Positions 36,779 through 49,900 of a DNA stretch of 64,000 nucleotides are shown piece after piece. Below the pieces are notes generated by a model that had not been told where the DNA came from, did no database searches, and was given only the letters and a program-made list of their open reading frames with translations. Source of the DNA: Balanoglossus misakiensis. Its lineage: Eukaryota; Animalia; Hemichordata. Positions within the stretch are counted from its first letter, which is position 1. Each line of letters begins with the position of its first letter. Location of the stretch: assembly GCA_040954595.2 (NCBI GenBank), contig CM082576.2, positions 4,624,760 through 4,688,759 on the forward strand. The letters are read 5' to 3'. A program made the translations under genes and the position numbers.

Positions 36779-39700
36779 TAATTGCATAATCCAAAGTGCT
36801 TTCCATTTCTGGAAATGTCCGAAACCATTTCAAAAGTGATGAGGACGCTCCAATTGTCGATGCGCGAGTGTTCGATGGGCAAAATAAAATGCCAACAGTG
36901 ACAAAATGTCTTTTATTGGCAAGCGTATTCTGAAGAACAACCGCACTCTCCTTTTCCGGCAAATTCTTCGCTATCAAATGACGTCAGACGCGTTCAGGTG
37001 GCAGTTACGTTCGCATTCAAATTTCCAGATGACGGGCAACTTCAGCAACGTGGACTTACGTGGTGCAGACAAAGACTGTGCAGACGAAATGCAATGAGGC
37101 TGATAAGGCAACATACCCGATACATGTTATGTGTTTGGCGGTTCTAAAGTAAAAACATACTCGGAAAAACTTTTACTGGATGCCGAAATATTGCTTGCCC
37201 GTCATCTGGAAATGACTGCGCCATGGGACACATTGCCAGATCACGTGATTGATAGTAAAGAATTAAATACTGACGTTCCAGAAAGTTACTAACAAAAGCG
37301 TCTCTAGGAGGCGCTATGACTACACAAATGAACTGCGGATTTGCACAGGCTTGGGGCACAATGCATGCCGCTGGTATCCCGTAATTTACTGAGGCTTAGT
37401 CGAAAAAGCTGTGTACTTTGGTTGATTTTGAGTTTGGTAGTGCAGCGCCGCCAGGGAAAGTTTATTAACAAATGATTTATTATAATATTATTGAAACCAT
37501 GGATTTAGTTCAGGCATAGACCCTAGAGAAAGGGGTCATGGTTCAAACAAAAATTCGCTTGTGACAAGGCACCAGACAGGCCCTCTGACATGATTAGAAA
37601 GATAACGTCGGAACGCCCCCAAGACTGCATGGATGTTCCAATAGAGCACACCTAGTGGCCACGATCGGGAATCTTTCGTTTCTTTCTGCTTGACCCCAAC
37701 TGATAATAATAGGTTTATTTGCATACATTGTACATATTGGGGTTTCATATTTGAACAACGCAAAACTAAAATAGCTTGCAGGGTTCTTTAGAAAACGACA
37801 AGACAATGAATTCAGTATATACAAGACAAGTATATTTACATTTATTTTTCTCTCAATGTATTTCACATCAAATTGTGACATTTCTATGTGTACTATCAAA
37901 GCACGATAAACTGAAGTGATACAAGTTTAATCTGATATATTTTATGATTCACACGATAAAGTTCAACATTTCTATCATCATCTCTGAATGAACTGTGACA
38001 ATACACCTGATACACTCTTGACACTGGTACATCATCAGTTCACATACTGGTTGAGCTGACGATAAAACTGCAAATGTAATTATGACATTTAACAAAACTG
38101 ATATTTGCAACATACATTTATGGATATGATTGAAAATCACTTTTTTTTACTATTATACAAGGTATATAAAAAATTCATAGCATGTAGTATTAAATAGACT
38201 TGTATATTACGGAATCATGTCACATTCAAATAACTTCACAATGACCAAAAACGGCATACATGATGCAGATTTCAAGATGGCAGTTAGGGAGACTTAAAAA
38301 TTCACATAAAAAATCAAATTCTGAGGCAATACCTTCAATGACAAGAAGAAGTTGCACAAATTTTGATTAGGAGCCATTCTTAAGACAATGACAACATCAC
38401 ATGTAATGTCATGCATGTATTACACTGTTTCGAAAATAAACACGATAAGTGAAATACTTTAAAGTTACACGCTTAAAATTAAAGACACTCGATTATAATT
38501 AAACTATGAATGATAATTTGCATAGAGATACATATTAGTAACACAGTGATATTACTTCTAAGGACATCTGACTAAACAGGCAACTTTCATGGGAGTGATA
38601 CAATCGCAACATATATTTAGTCTGAATTCATCAATTTCACCTCAGAACAGCAGATGTACATTTCAATGAAATCTGCGCTCTACCTCATGTGTTAGAAAAA
38701 CTGTCAATAAATAACAGAGTACGAGATGACAACTCAGTGGAATTTAAATGCTGACAACCTCCTGGTTTTGAGACTTAACATGTTGAGTGAGAAGTTTAGA
38801 CAGGTAACCTTGACAACACATTACCTAGACACCAAACATATTGCAACCAAGTATGTCACATTATCAGACTTCACAATTTCTACTGAATACTGCCCTGTAA
38901 GAAACACAAATGTTACAGGAAAAAAACATGATTTCAATGAATATTCAAATTTATCACAAAACTTTGCTGTATACTTCAATATATTCTCCCCCTGTTAGCA
39001 GGGCTGAAAGTATCTCATGTCAACATTTACATCTTCTTAAATTAACTGACATGATATGTACATCATTGTGATCAGTTTCTCATAACATCTCTCAAAACAC
39101 AATTACGACAATCTTGTAGAAATTTTTCCATAACATAATTATTGTACTTTTAATATTCACACCATACAATCTATTTACATCGATAAAGCTTCCTAATTTA
39201 TGATTTCTTTTTCACTAATTTGCTTTCTTCCACCAAATAGCCTGACATAGTGATATAATCTACCAGATTTTTCTTATCTCTGAAAATACTGATATAAGGT
39301 TATATTAGCCCATAGAGAAAATGCCCATTTGTGGTTTCAACTGAGTGTAGCCATCTGACTTCGCAAACTTGGACTGTTTTGGACAAATCATTGATTCAAA
39401 AAGAAATAAATACCCACTAATAGTTGCTGATAAATAGAAGAAAAAAATAGAGGCCCTTGCTCTGATAAAAGAAAATTGTTGAGAATAAATGTCTTTCTAA
39501 ACAACTTGTGTAGAAGGTACAGAGATACATTGCTGTAAATAATAGTTCAGGTTCAGTAATACATGTACAGTGTTATTCAAGAATGGTCATTCACAGAAAT
39601 TAAACTACCATTCTGTCACATTTACATATGTATGGGTCTTCAAAGGATGAATGGATGCTCCTGGTTTATTAAATTGGTAAACTCTTCAGTCACTTAAATG

Positions 39701-40865
39701 TTGAATTTATCAGCCATTTTCAATCATTTTTCAATATTTTTTAAATAGGAGATGACTGTGACCTTTGACCCCTCTTCCTTTTAAATCCCATCACTTCAGG
39801 TCAGTCAAAACTTTCCATCTCTCAAGCTGGTCGTTCAGTTCAATTTCCACACTTTTTTAAGTACTTTAAATTGTTTCCAAGATAGAGCACGTCGCGTTCA
39901 AACGAAGGCAAGGGTGAATTTGACAGATATTTAATTTATGTGGTGCGCATGCAGGAGGGACACCATATGGTTGGCACGGAAACAAACATCATTTGTCACG
40001 TTGCAAAAATATTTCCCAATCCGGCATCTTGAGTACATTGCCCTTGAAGACTCACTAAAACAACACGGATCCACCCTGTGTACTCCAGTAACGTTTATTA
40101 TTTTTGCATTCCGTACAATGTACTTTCAACATAATATGTGACCTTGGGGCCTTACAGCTGTGTGCGATGCGATTGCCCATCGTCTCACATCCTGAAATGG
40201 ATGCTCAACACTGGCCAGCATCGGCACACTTAACGTTCTGAATCCGAATGACTAACTGCTTAACAATTTCTGGATGGGCAGACGGTCTGCTTGTTACCAA
40301 CATTCCACATATGGAAAGCTTCCCTGAAGGTCTTAGCAATTACCGGGAGAGAGAATTACCGACTGCACAGTGGCATTTTCCCCCGAGTGACCTTAATAAT
40401 AACACAAAATGCTAACCGACTGCTACGCACTTTGTTCACCCAATCTATCAACATCTTGGCAGGAAGGTGGCTGGGGTCAGAGGTCACAGCTGAGGTCAGA
40501 TGGGGGAGGTGAGAGCACTAATTACGAGAGACGACTTGAAATGTAGAGCCCTTTTCCCCTTACACAGTTTTTGAGCATGCCTACATATACAATGTATATC
40601 AAAGAGTTTATACTGAGAAACATTCACTTTTATTTTTGCATTTGCTTTCTTGATTTTTTTTAACTTAATAACAAAACATTCCAGTCACTCTTGACAGTTC
40701 TGGTGTAAAGTACAATAAACCCATACTTCTATATAGTCTTAGTTCTCATTACTCGCAATTTTGTAGAAAAACGAAAGACAACAGATGAAGTAAACATAAG
40801 AAGGTACCAGGCCACCTGACATTAAACCACCAGAACTGAAAATGAACAGGCTACAATTATTTTTT

Positions 40866-43800
40866 TTACAGGTACATGCCGTTGATAAGGTAGTCTGCTT
40901 CCTGCGTATTGTGCAAGGGCCGCCCGTAGCGCAGTTTCCTCTTGACCATTCTGAGTCGACAGGCCACCATGAGCAGCAGCAGAAGTGTGATTGCGAGGCC
41001 GACGGCCAGTGGGAGAATAGCGCTTGTCTCCGGAAGAGTCCGACCGGAATTCGTGTAAAGCTCTTCTACATCCACGTCCCCTTCCTCTTGATCAGCGGTC
41101 TGGTTTCCCGTGCCGGGTTTCTCCGGTTTCTCCGCGACTGCGTTGGATTTCTTGGTTGTGGGCGTGCTTCCAGCAGCTGCCTGTGGAGTTACTTCCTCGG
41201 ATTTATGGCCGGGTGCAGCGGTCTGTGCCTCAACCTTGGCTGGTTTTGTCGCTTCCTTCAAGGGTAGTGGAGTAGTTTCAACTTTTCCTGCAAGGAAAGG
41301 TTTCAAATGAGACTGTTACACTGTTGTACACCAACCGCAATTGCTTTGATCACAATACAGTAAAAAAATTCACATTTTCATAAAAAAACACAAATGTCAC
41401 CAAAGCTAATGTTTCCATACAGAGACAATACACTATCTTATCAAGTTGTACTAAAAGGCATCCCCACTTTTATCATCCCATTGGTAACGTTTATACCAAC
41501 ACCTGACAGGGATCACTATCTAATCTGTACATGATACAAATACCAGAACTTCAAATTGACAGATTCACTGACAATGCAATTGAATCAAAGATCCACTGTG
41601 TACCATGACCTGTCCTTATAACACACATACACACACACACACATATATACCCACCCCAACCCCACACTAAGACCGCATACTACCGGTAGTTAGCGATACT
41701 CTATCAGATGCATAAGGTGAAGGAGATAAGAGAGCCTTGAAAGCTTGCTCTAAATACCATTCAGATTATCTAATGTGTGCTATTTGTCTGACCTCATCAC
41801 CAAAAACTCAACAATTCATAAGTTTATACTTGAGAAGTAAACAAACATTCCTAGAGCACACAGCTGCCTGTTGAAATACTGATCATCCATCACTGCCAAC
41901 ACTTCTATATGTTGTTAACTTTTACATTTTAACATTTCTATTTATTTTACTTTTGAACTGATGGCCCGTTTTTATACTGATATTGTTTGTTGGGGATACT
42001 CTTAATCCGTACATATTCTGTTAAATATTGTTTTTATACGATGCATAAAAATCCTTTCATTTATGAATTGACTTTAAGACAAAATTCAAATTATATTCTC
42101 AATTTAACTACAAGGGAAGATCAAATTCGCTCTACTTCCTACAATATGTCATTCACACAACAAATGTTTATAGCACTCAACTCAATCCTTAGATAATCTA
42201 CAACAGACAATTTTTATTGAAGCGGGTGTGAAATATGTCCTGCGTTTGGGCGTGTGATGACATGACTTGCATGATTTACAACTAAAACGTGACCCGTTCC
42301 AACTCTGTTCTCATGCAGACGTGGTCAGCACCAGCAATGGAATGCTTTCATCCAAACACTGTTGGCAAATGTGGAGGCACATGTACAGAGTATTGATTTT
42401 CATGAACCCCTGCTTTCGATCTCTGAAACTAATGATCCCCACTCATGGTGGGGATTTCACAGGGTGCAATGGTCAGGGGTTGGTGTATAGCTTTGAATTT
42501 TTGAAAGATTTGTGAAGAATTTGCGGGGCACACCCATGTTGTTTTGGAGTTGCGTGATTTGGAAATGCTGGTCTCTGTCTCGAAGAGAACTTCCTCATTT
42601 CCAAATGTGGTCACCACATTAACGGTCCATTTTATAAATTGCTAAACTGTTGCATAGGGGCGTGCACACACTGTCATGATAAAACTTCAACTGTATCCCA
42701 TATGATCACTGCAAAAAACCAACCCACCTTTGGAGTGGTGTTTCCCCTTTGGTGGTTCTGTGGTTTGTGCCGCAGCCTCGGGGGAAGTTTCGGCTGGTTT
42801 GTCATAATCGTAACGACCGCCATCATCATCATCATCATCATCATCGTGGTCTTCGTTGTTGAATTCTGGGTACTCCGAGACTTCGGACTCATCGCGGCTT
42901 CCTCCACCAGTGTTGTAGTAGTACCACGGGTTGCTGTAGTCTGTCGTGTACAAAAAAAGCAACCGGGGAAGTTCCGGTTTGGTCAGCAATAAGATAGAGT
43001 ACCACACTCGCACATGAAAACTCAAACACAATCAGTACATGTGTGTGTGTTGTGGTTGTATGTCTGTGGTTAGCTGAATGCTATGTTTATGAGCAAAGCG
43101 GCACAACACCAGGCTTACACAGCACACCTGCAGATACAAAGACATGACAAGTTAACACCACATGATGTACACAAGGCACAGCTGCAGCAAACACTAGTAT
43201 GCTCGGCATTGGGGGCAGGAACAGGACGAAGCTAGGCACATGCAGTTTGTTAGTATGATGATGTTAGAATTTTAAAACGCTACCCTAAAGCAGGCATGCA
43301 CACCACACAACAAAGCATGACCCAGAATTCACGCAGTCTTGCCAAATGTCCTATCATGGTTGTTGTTGAGTCTAATCCAGTCCAGGCTAGTTCAGCCAGG
43401 CCTAGACTAGTCTAGACCAACACAATTCCATCTTGGCCAACACAGTGAATTCTGGATGCAAAGGCTACTGTTAGAAGTTAAAGACACACAGATGAGAAAC
43501 AAGAGATGTTACCATTGTTGTCTTGAGCAGACTCATAGAAATAGTGGTAAGGTTCAGGATTAGAGAATGGTGCAGGATATCTGGAAGGGTCAGCATGCTT
43601 ATTATGATATGGTGCACGTGCAGTTACTAGTTCATAGAAGTTTCTTCCACCACCTTGCGGTCGATGATCAGACTCTGCCTTGTGCTGGTTCCCCATCTCT
43701 TGCCTATTAATCCCATCCTTGTTATCGTTCCCAAAGCTAGCATCACTGTCGCCATGGCCACCATGCCCATTCTTGCCACTCTGCTTATTATTATATTGAT

Positions 43801-46257
43801 TATTGTTATTATTATCATTGTTGTTGTTAAATCTATTAGCGTTTGGGTGATGCGGTTCAGAATTACCATGGTTGTTATTTGTGTTTTTAATGTGATGTGG
43901 GCCGTCTTTGTCGCCACTGTTCCAATTTTCATAGCGTTGGTTATCAGGTTGGTCTTGGACATGGCTATTCTGTGTCTGCTTGTCTTTGTGTGGCTCATTG
44001 TTATTGTTGTGTCCGTAATGCTGCTCATAGTAATTTCTCAGATCGTCATAATCATTTGACTGGCCAGGTCCCTGGTGGGTGCCAGGTCTGGGGTTAGAGT
44101 TATGATTGCGGTTAGCGTTGTAATCGTTCTCAGAAGGCATTGTCGGCAGCTTGGAGTCTTCTTGCTTAAGTGTAGGATAGACAGATTCATCGTGCTTCAC
44201 TATCAAATGAAATATCACAGAGATGAAATAAAAGGTTAGCAGAGGCAGAAAGGGATTACCAATGTACCTTAAAATGTAGAACACCAGTGCTGTGAAAGCG
44301 TGGCAGAAGAAAAAGAAGACTGATTTGCAGGTGAGTATGATGATCATCATCTTCATGGCGCAAGTACACTCTCAATGACTGATGACCTACAGCCACACTT
44401 GATCAACTGTAGTCGTGGACACTGATCACACTCTCTCTAACTGCAGATATGATTTTATACATAAAAAAGAGAGAAAAGAATACAAGGATACAACAGAAAT
44501 GATTACAATAAAAGAGGGAAGAAATAATAAGGCGTGAAAGGAAAAAGACACCACCAGAAGAGAGAGATTGATTCCAAGATTTGCAATGTATGGGGAAAAG
44601 GGTACCAGGGTTAACACCACGCTATTAATTTGGACACCAATATTCTTACCATAGCTACAGCCTTTTTCATCGGACAAATCAAGGCAGTGGGGGATACCAT
44701 CGCATGCATTATATATCCCTATGCAATCGCCATTATCACACTGAAATTCATAACGTGCACATGACACCTCTGCCAAAAAATAAGAGAGAGAGAAAAAAAT
44801 GATAGAAAATGAAAAAACAGTTTTTGAACACTTAGGTTCTGCATAATCAAAAATGTATGCTATGTGCTTGAAAAATACCAAATTAAGCATAAAATAAGAT
44901 GGATGTATTTCAACATAAATGTGCAAAAATGTTCTTTGTATTATGATACTTTTAATATCCTTTTCACGCTGTATTCCATACAGTGTATTTCAAAAGTTAA
45001 ATAATGCAGGAATTTGTGAAAAGAATCTTGATTGTTAATGTTTTATTTTTGCACTTGCTCTGTTTTTGCGTTCTGGTACATACATGTACCTTCTACAATA
45101 CAAACAGAACAGCTGTAGCCTATGCACATTTTCATGAAGTGTACAAACATCATGTAGTACCGTACTACCAGTACATGTTTACTATCTCGTACAAAATGTA
45201 GTCCACATATATGCAGGCAGTCAGAATAGTGATATTCACAATAAACTTAACAATGAATATCTTAACCTGATGTTCATATGTATGGACAAAACAAAGGACA
45301 TCTGCTCTTTGAATCATAGGAGGCGAGCTAATTATTAATACAGTCATTCACATGACACCATAACATGTTCAAACAGAATCTTATGGGTGTGTTCTGCAAA
45401 TTGAGTCAAGTATTTAATGTTTTAGCAGATACTGACTGTGAGTAGCCAAAGTTTGAATCATTTAATTTCTGTTGCTTTCTGACAAGAAGTGAATGTTATG
45501 TTACAAAGAATCAGGGAGGTTAATACGTATCTAGTAGAATTCTATGTGATGGGGAGGATACACTTAACCACGGCAACCCCCCCCCCCCCCTCAACCCAAT
45601 GAGTTCAGGCCAAAACTCTGTGATATACACAAACTCACTTCTTTTCTCTGTAGTTGTTATCAGTGCAGTTGTAGTTATGATTTTCTTTGTGGTTACATCG
45701 GGGACCTCGGTCGGTTCGTCATCTACCAAGTCCTGCAGTTCGTCGGCTTGTGATGCAGCTTGCTTCTGCTTGGTAAAAGATTTCTCGTCGAATAACATAC
45801 TTGTGTACCCTTGGTGGTGTGCAAATAAACACCTGTTTTCTCCCTCAAACAGGCAGCGAAACAAGTAGCAGTTCTTTTTGCTGGATTCGAATACTACCAT
45901 GTCACATTGAGTGTCTTCATCTTCAGATTCGCATTGACACCAGCCCATACATTCGTCGATGTCACCCGCAGTGCTGGGCGCACTAAGGAACACAGCCCCA
46001 GCCTTCAGAGAATCTTTCGTACGGACTATCGAGTCCACGTGCGGCTGAAAATAGTCGATGCAATTAACCGTTTCCGCTTGTCGTTCTGGTTCAACCACTT
46101 TTCCTACATAACCTGGATTGGACCAACTGTGACCTGTGTCTGGCGCCGGGTTATCATGAGAAATTCCCCCTTTCTTAGGAACAACATTATGGCCGCCGCC
46201 GTGCGACTGCGTTGAGGCGTAGGTTATAACAAATGCTAAGACAACAAGATACCTCAT
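40866..46257 (-). CDS. LRP11: LRP11-like type I membrane protein (signal peptide, MANSC domain, Thr-rich linker, LDL-receptor class A repeat, Asn/His-rich and acidic stalk, [11 protein letters not shown] tail), ~686 aa
   Basis: Exons 46257-45639, 44769-44650, 44199-43513, 42940-42728, 41287-40866, all phase 1 and GT-AG, total 2061 nt. MANSC motif: [16 protein letters not shown]...C.C....CDMVVF....CYLFRC....CLFAHHQGY. LDLa: [37 protein letters not shown]: [20 protein letters not shown]. The C-terminus [11 protein letters not shown] is characteristic of LRP11/MANSC proteins. Confidence 0.88.
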
Positions 46258-46968
46258 GACGAAATCCAAGCATTCATGTCCCGAAAACTGGTTACTGTTG
46301 TATGTTTTGTTGCGATTTAAAGGGCACAGCTGACCTAGTTTTTACGCGAACAGCTGGAATTGGTAACCGTTCGATCCTCTTGTTCCACAACAACTACACC
46401 AAGTAATGGCGGCCTAGTGATGAATGCGCACGCTCAGTTGGACTACACACCGGAAGACACACGAACGTATCATGGATCGATCGATGTGGAATTTTTTTAA
46501 AAATCGTTTTTAGTGATAGGTCGATACTTATCATTAAACCGCATAATTTTAAGTGAAATTCGTACACCTTTTATTTGTGGCACTGTAGCATTTCCATGAT
46601 TCATGCATCATGTTTATTTACGCGAAAATTCTGCGGTAAATCGTCATCACACGACACACCACGAAAGCAACAATTTGCTGCAGCGGAAGGTTACATAACT
46701 TGAGCGCAAAAACTAAGTTCCAATTAAATTAAAGTTGGTCTATTAAAACAGTATTTACAAAAGCATAATTTTCAAATGCTTACTGCTGCTTACCAATATA
46801 TCTTATATTGTAAGCTGACAAGAATATAACAAGAGAAAACTTTAGAATATGAGTGGAGGGCGGCTCACCCATATTGCGGAATGATATCAATTAAGTTACA
46901 GTGTAGTTCGTATACATTTCGAGGCTCCCATATTCGTCCTATGACTGCCTTCCAAAAACTACACAGGC
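46258..46968. promoter_or_regulatory. Bidirectional promoter and 5' UTRs shared by the LRP11-like and PPP1R14 genes
   Basis: Divergent start codons lie ~710 bp apart. YY1-like AATGGCGGC (~46405), NRF1-like TGCGCACGCTCA (46425-46436) and two ACTACA motifs (~46393, ~46442) are present. Confidence 0.6.
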
Positions 46969-49900
46969 ATGGCTTCGCAAGTATCTTTTGACGACAAAAA
47001 TTCAGCGTTCACCCCTGTCAACGGGAAGAAACCTACAAGGTCAAAGAATCACCTCACGCAAAAATACGACCCGAAGAGGACGAGAAGGCGGTTAGAGGTG
47101 GAAGAGTGGATGGACGAGGAACTAAGGGATTTGTTCGAATGCGACGTGAGTAAAGCAGACAGCAGAATCTGCGCCTCGTTACAACAAACCCATAATTTGT
47201 GCGAATCCATACAAAATCGCCGTGGATGTTGTTGTGTGGGCTTCTCTTTGCGCATCGTACAAGTTATGTCTTTGCATGATGTCAAAGCTGTTCCACCACG
47301 GAATTTCTCTAAACTAACAAAAATTGTGAATGTTGTCGGAAATTTCTGTATATCGCTTGTTGCACAACAGTGTACAGTTGAATCGAAGGTCGCGGGTCGG
47401 GCTTCGTCGTGTCGGTCACAGTTCAGCATTCGGGAAACATTTTCCTGACTGGCCAGTGTGAATCAATTTAGGTATCCACCTTACAAATGTAGAACTCGCT
47501 CTAGCTGCAGTTTAAGTCGCCATTGTCCATATAGATTTGTAATATTCAAGTTAGATGTGTTGGAGGACTTGTTACTATGTCAACGACAACGTGTAAATTT
47601 GATATCGACTTGTCACGTACAGGACGCAAACTCATTGCTAAATGTATTTGTAGTACTTGGGACTGGTATGGACCAGTTCGACTTGGATATCTGTCGACTG
47701 TCGACATGTCCAAAGGAAGATCCATACCCTTCGTTCTCCAGGAGCGAACAGCCGATAGTAGCACTTGGTTCATGGTTGACAGGAACTGACTTGGTGGGGG
47801 TGTAACACAGTAACTCTTGGTAATTAGAAACAATGTCAGAGTTTGCACAGGCTGTACTGAACTGACACAGTTGACCCTTGAAGAAGGTTGACGCCTTTTG
47901 CAACACTTCTTAATCTGGTCCAGTTCTATTATAATTTGGTACAGGCAGTGAATTTTGTGTACTAAACCATTAAAACTATCATGTCAAGGTTGAAAACCTT
48001 TCACACTTGCACAATGCTTTGTTCAGGCAAGTCTCTTTCAAGTTATTATAACGGGTCCATTGTCGCCCACAAGTGAAGTGTTTTCTCGGTGGGTGTGGTT
48101 GTTTTAAAACAATTGCATCATAATAAGGGACTTTATTGGTCAAACAACAATCCAAAAATAGCATGTTTACAGTTGAGGCTTCTCTGACAGCCTGACTTGA
48201 TCCTGAAGTCTGGTGAATATCAAGTGAGGAAGTATTGACACATGTTAGCTGTAAAACTTGAAAAAATACTGGCTCTAGACTATTGAAAAAGTACTGGCTC
48301 TAGACTAGAATGGCAGATGTGTCTGGGGAGCTTCAAATACATTAATTAAAATTACTTAGAGCACAAATGGTGAAAATATTTAACTAGTTGAATTTGCAGG
48401 ACAGTTTAATCAGCTGGTGAAATTATCAGGCAATGCTTCAGCAAAATATTGGGAGTGTGGACTGTCATAGCATCTGATAAGCTATGCAGTATTAGGGAAA
48501 TTTCTCAAAAGAAACCCGGCATTTGTTGATGGAAGTGATACAGTTGAAATTAAAGCTTATCCCATGGCTATTTTGCCAGTATGTGTATTTGTACATCTTG
48601 CATATTCCAGTTGTCTGACTGCTGTTGCTTTGTGAAACACCGTTACGTCTTTCAAAATATATACGATCCAATTAACACCTGCCTCAAATTTTTTCGTAGC
48701 CTGGTGACTAGTAAAGACAGGCATTTACCTACAACAATCACATGATCATTGTCCAGAGATCCAAATGTGAACATATTAATGAAATGTAAAAAGGGATCTG
48801 TTTTCCTTGTAGTGAATACTGGGCCAATTTGATTCAAAGCATAAATGTTACTTGTGTGTCTCCCCTCATGGACAAAGTAAATTGAAATATCCAATTATTG
48901 AACTATAGAGCTGGTAGACCACTGCTGCTTCCTCTTTTCCTGCTGAACACAAGCCATAATATTTGTCACATACCAAAAATAGCCATCATGACAACAAGAG
49001 TGTGTATAGTATAGTTGGATATTTTGAATATTTTGATATCTGAGGAAGACTAAAATGACGTATATCACTACATGACTGGAGGATTATTTTTGTATTTCAG
49101 TCCTGTTTAAATATAATTGGTGCATTTTAGCTGTCCACTTAGTGTTTATTCGTATGTGACCTTTTCCCCTGCCACTCATGCAAGGTGGATAGCATTTTGT
49201 AACCAAGCATGGTGATGTCATAGATAGCTTTGGTCCATTATCAATGTTTCTCAGGGGCACCATGGGATAGACTCTCTGACATCTTTTGAGATTTACGTTT
49301 GAAAGGTAAAATATCAATCCTAATGATTGTATGATCCACACTATTGAAATGAAGCTTGGAATATGTGGAACTCTAATGACAAATTGTCTTCAACATAAAA
49401 TGGTGATTAATCTGTCCTTTGTGGGGACAAGTCTTAAATTGTTGGAGTTTTATAGACGTTTTTAATTTTTTATACAATGTGACGGTTATTAATTTTAGGC
49501 TGGGATTATTAAGGATTTTATAGCTGGATATGTTTTGTTTGAATTCACTCATGGGTAATCTGTCATGAAGTTTTCTGCATGAGTGTCAGTCTACCAGTGG
49601 TAATTGTCAGCAACATTTCAAATCCTGACCAGTCATGTTAATGGACAATGTCTCTAACATTTTAAGGTGGGTTCTCATTCTAATTACGATGAGCTTGGTT
49701 TCCCAGATACCTCATAGGGCCATTGACTATATAAAATCATTGCCAGAACTGTGACATCATTTATTCTGGGTGGAGTTGGGGTATTTACTGATTGTACCGG
49801 ACATTTTCGGCCAAGACGGAATGACAAGGAGTTTTGTAAAGGATCAAAATTGAGAAAACGTAATGAGGAAAATATTTCGCCAGTCATAAATACCTGCCAA

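Noticed and set aside
43627-44097. Alternative-frame hydrophobic ORFs over the Asn/His exon
   Set aside because: Artefacts of AAT/AAC codon runs in the real minus-strand exon.
47146-47906. ORFs of 97-159 aa in the first PPP1R14 intron
   Set aside because: Homology to CPI-17 stops at the GT donor at 47146. The remaining ORFs have no recognisable motifs.
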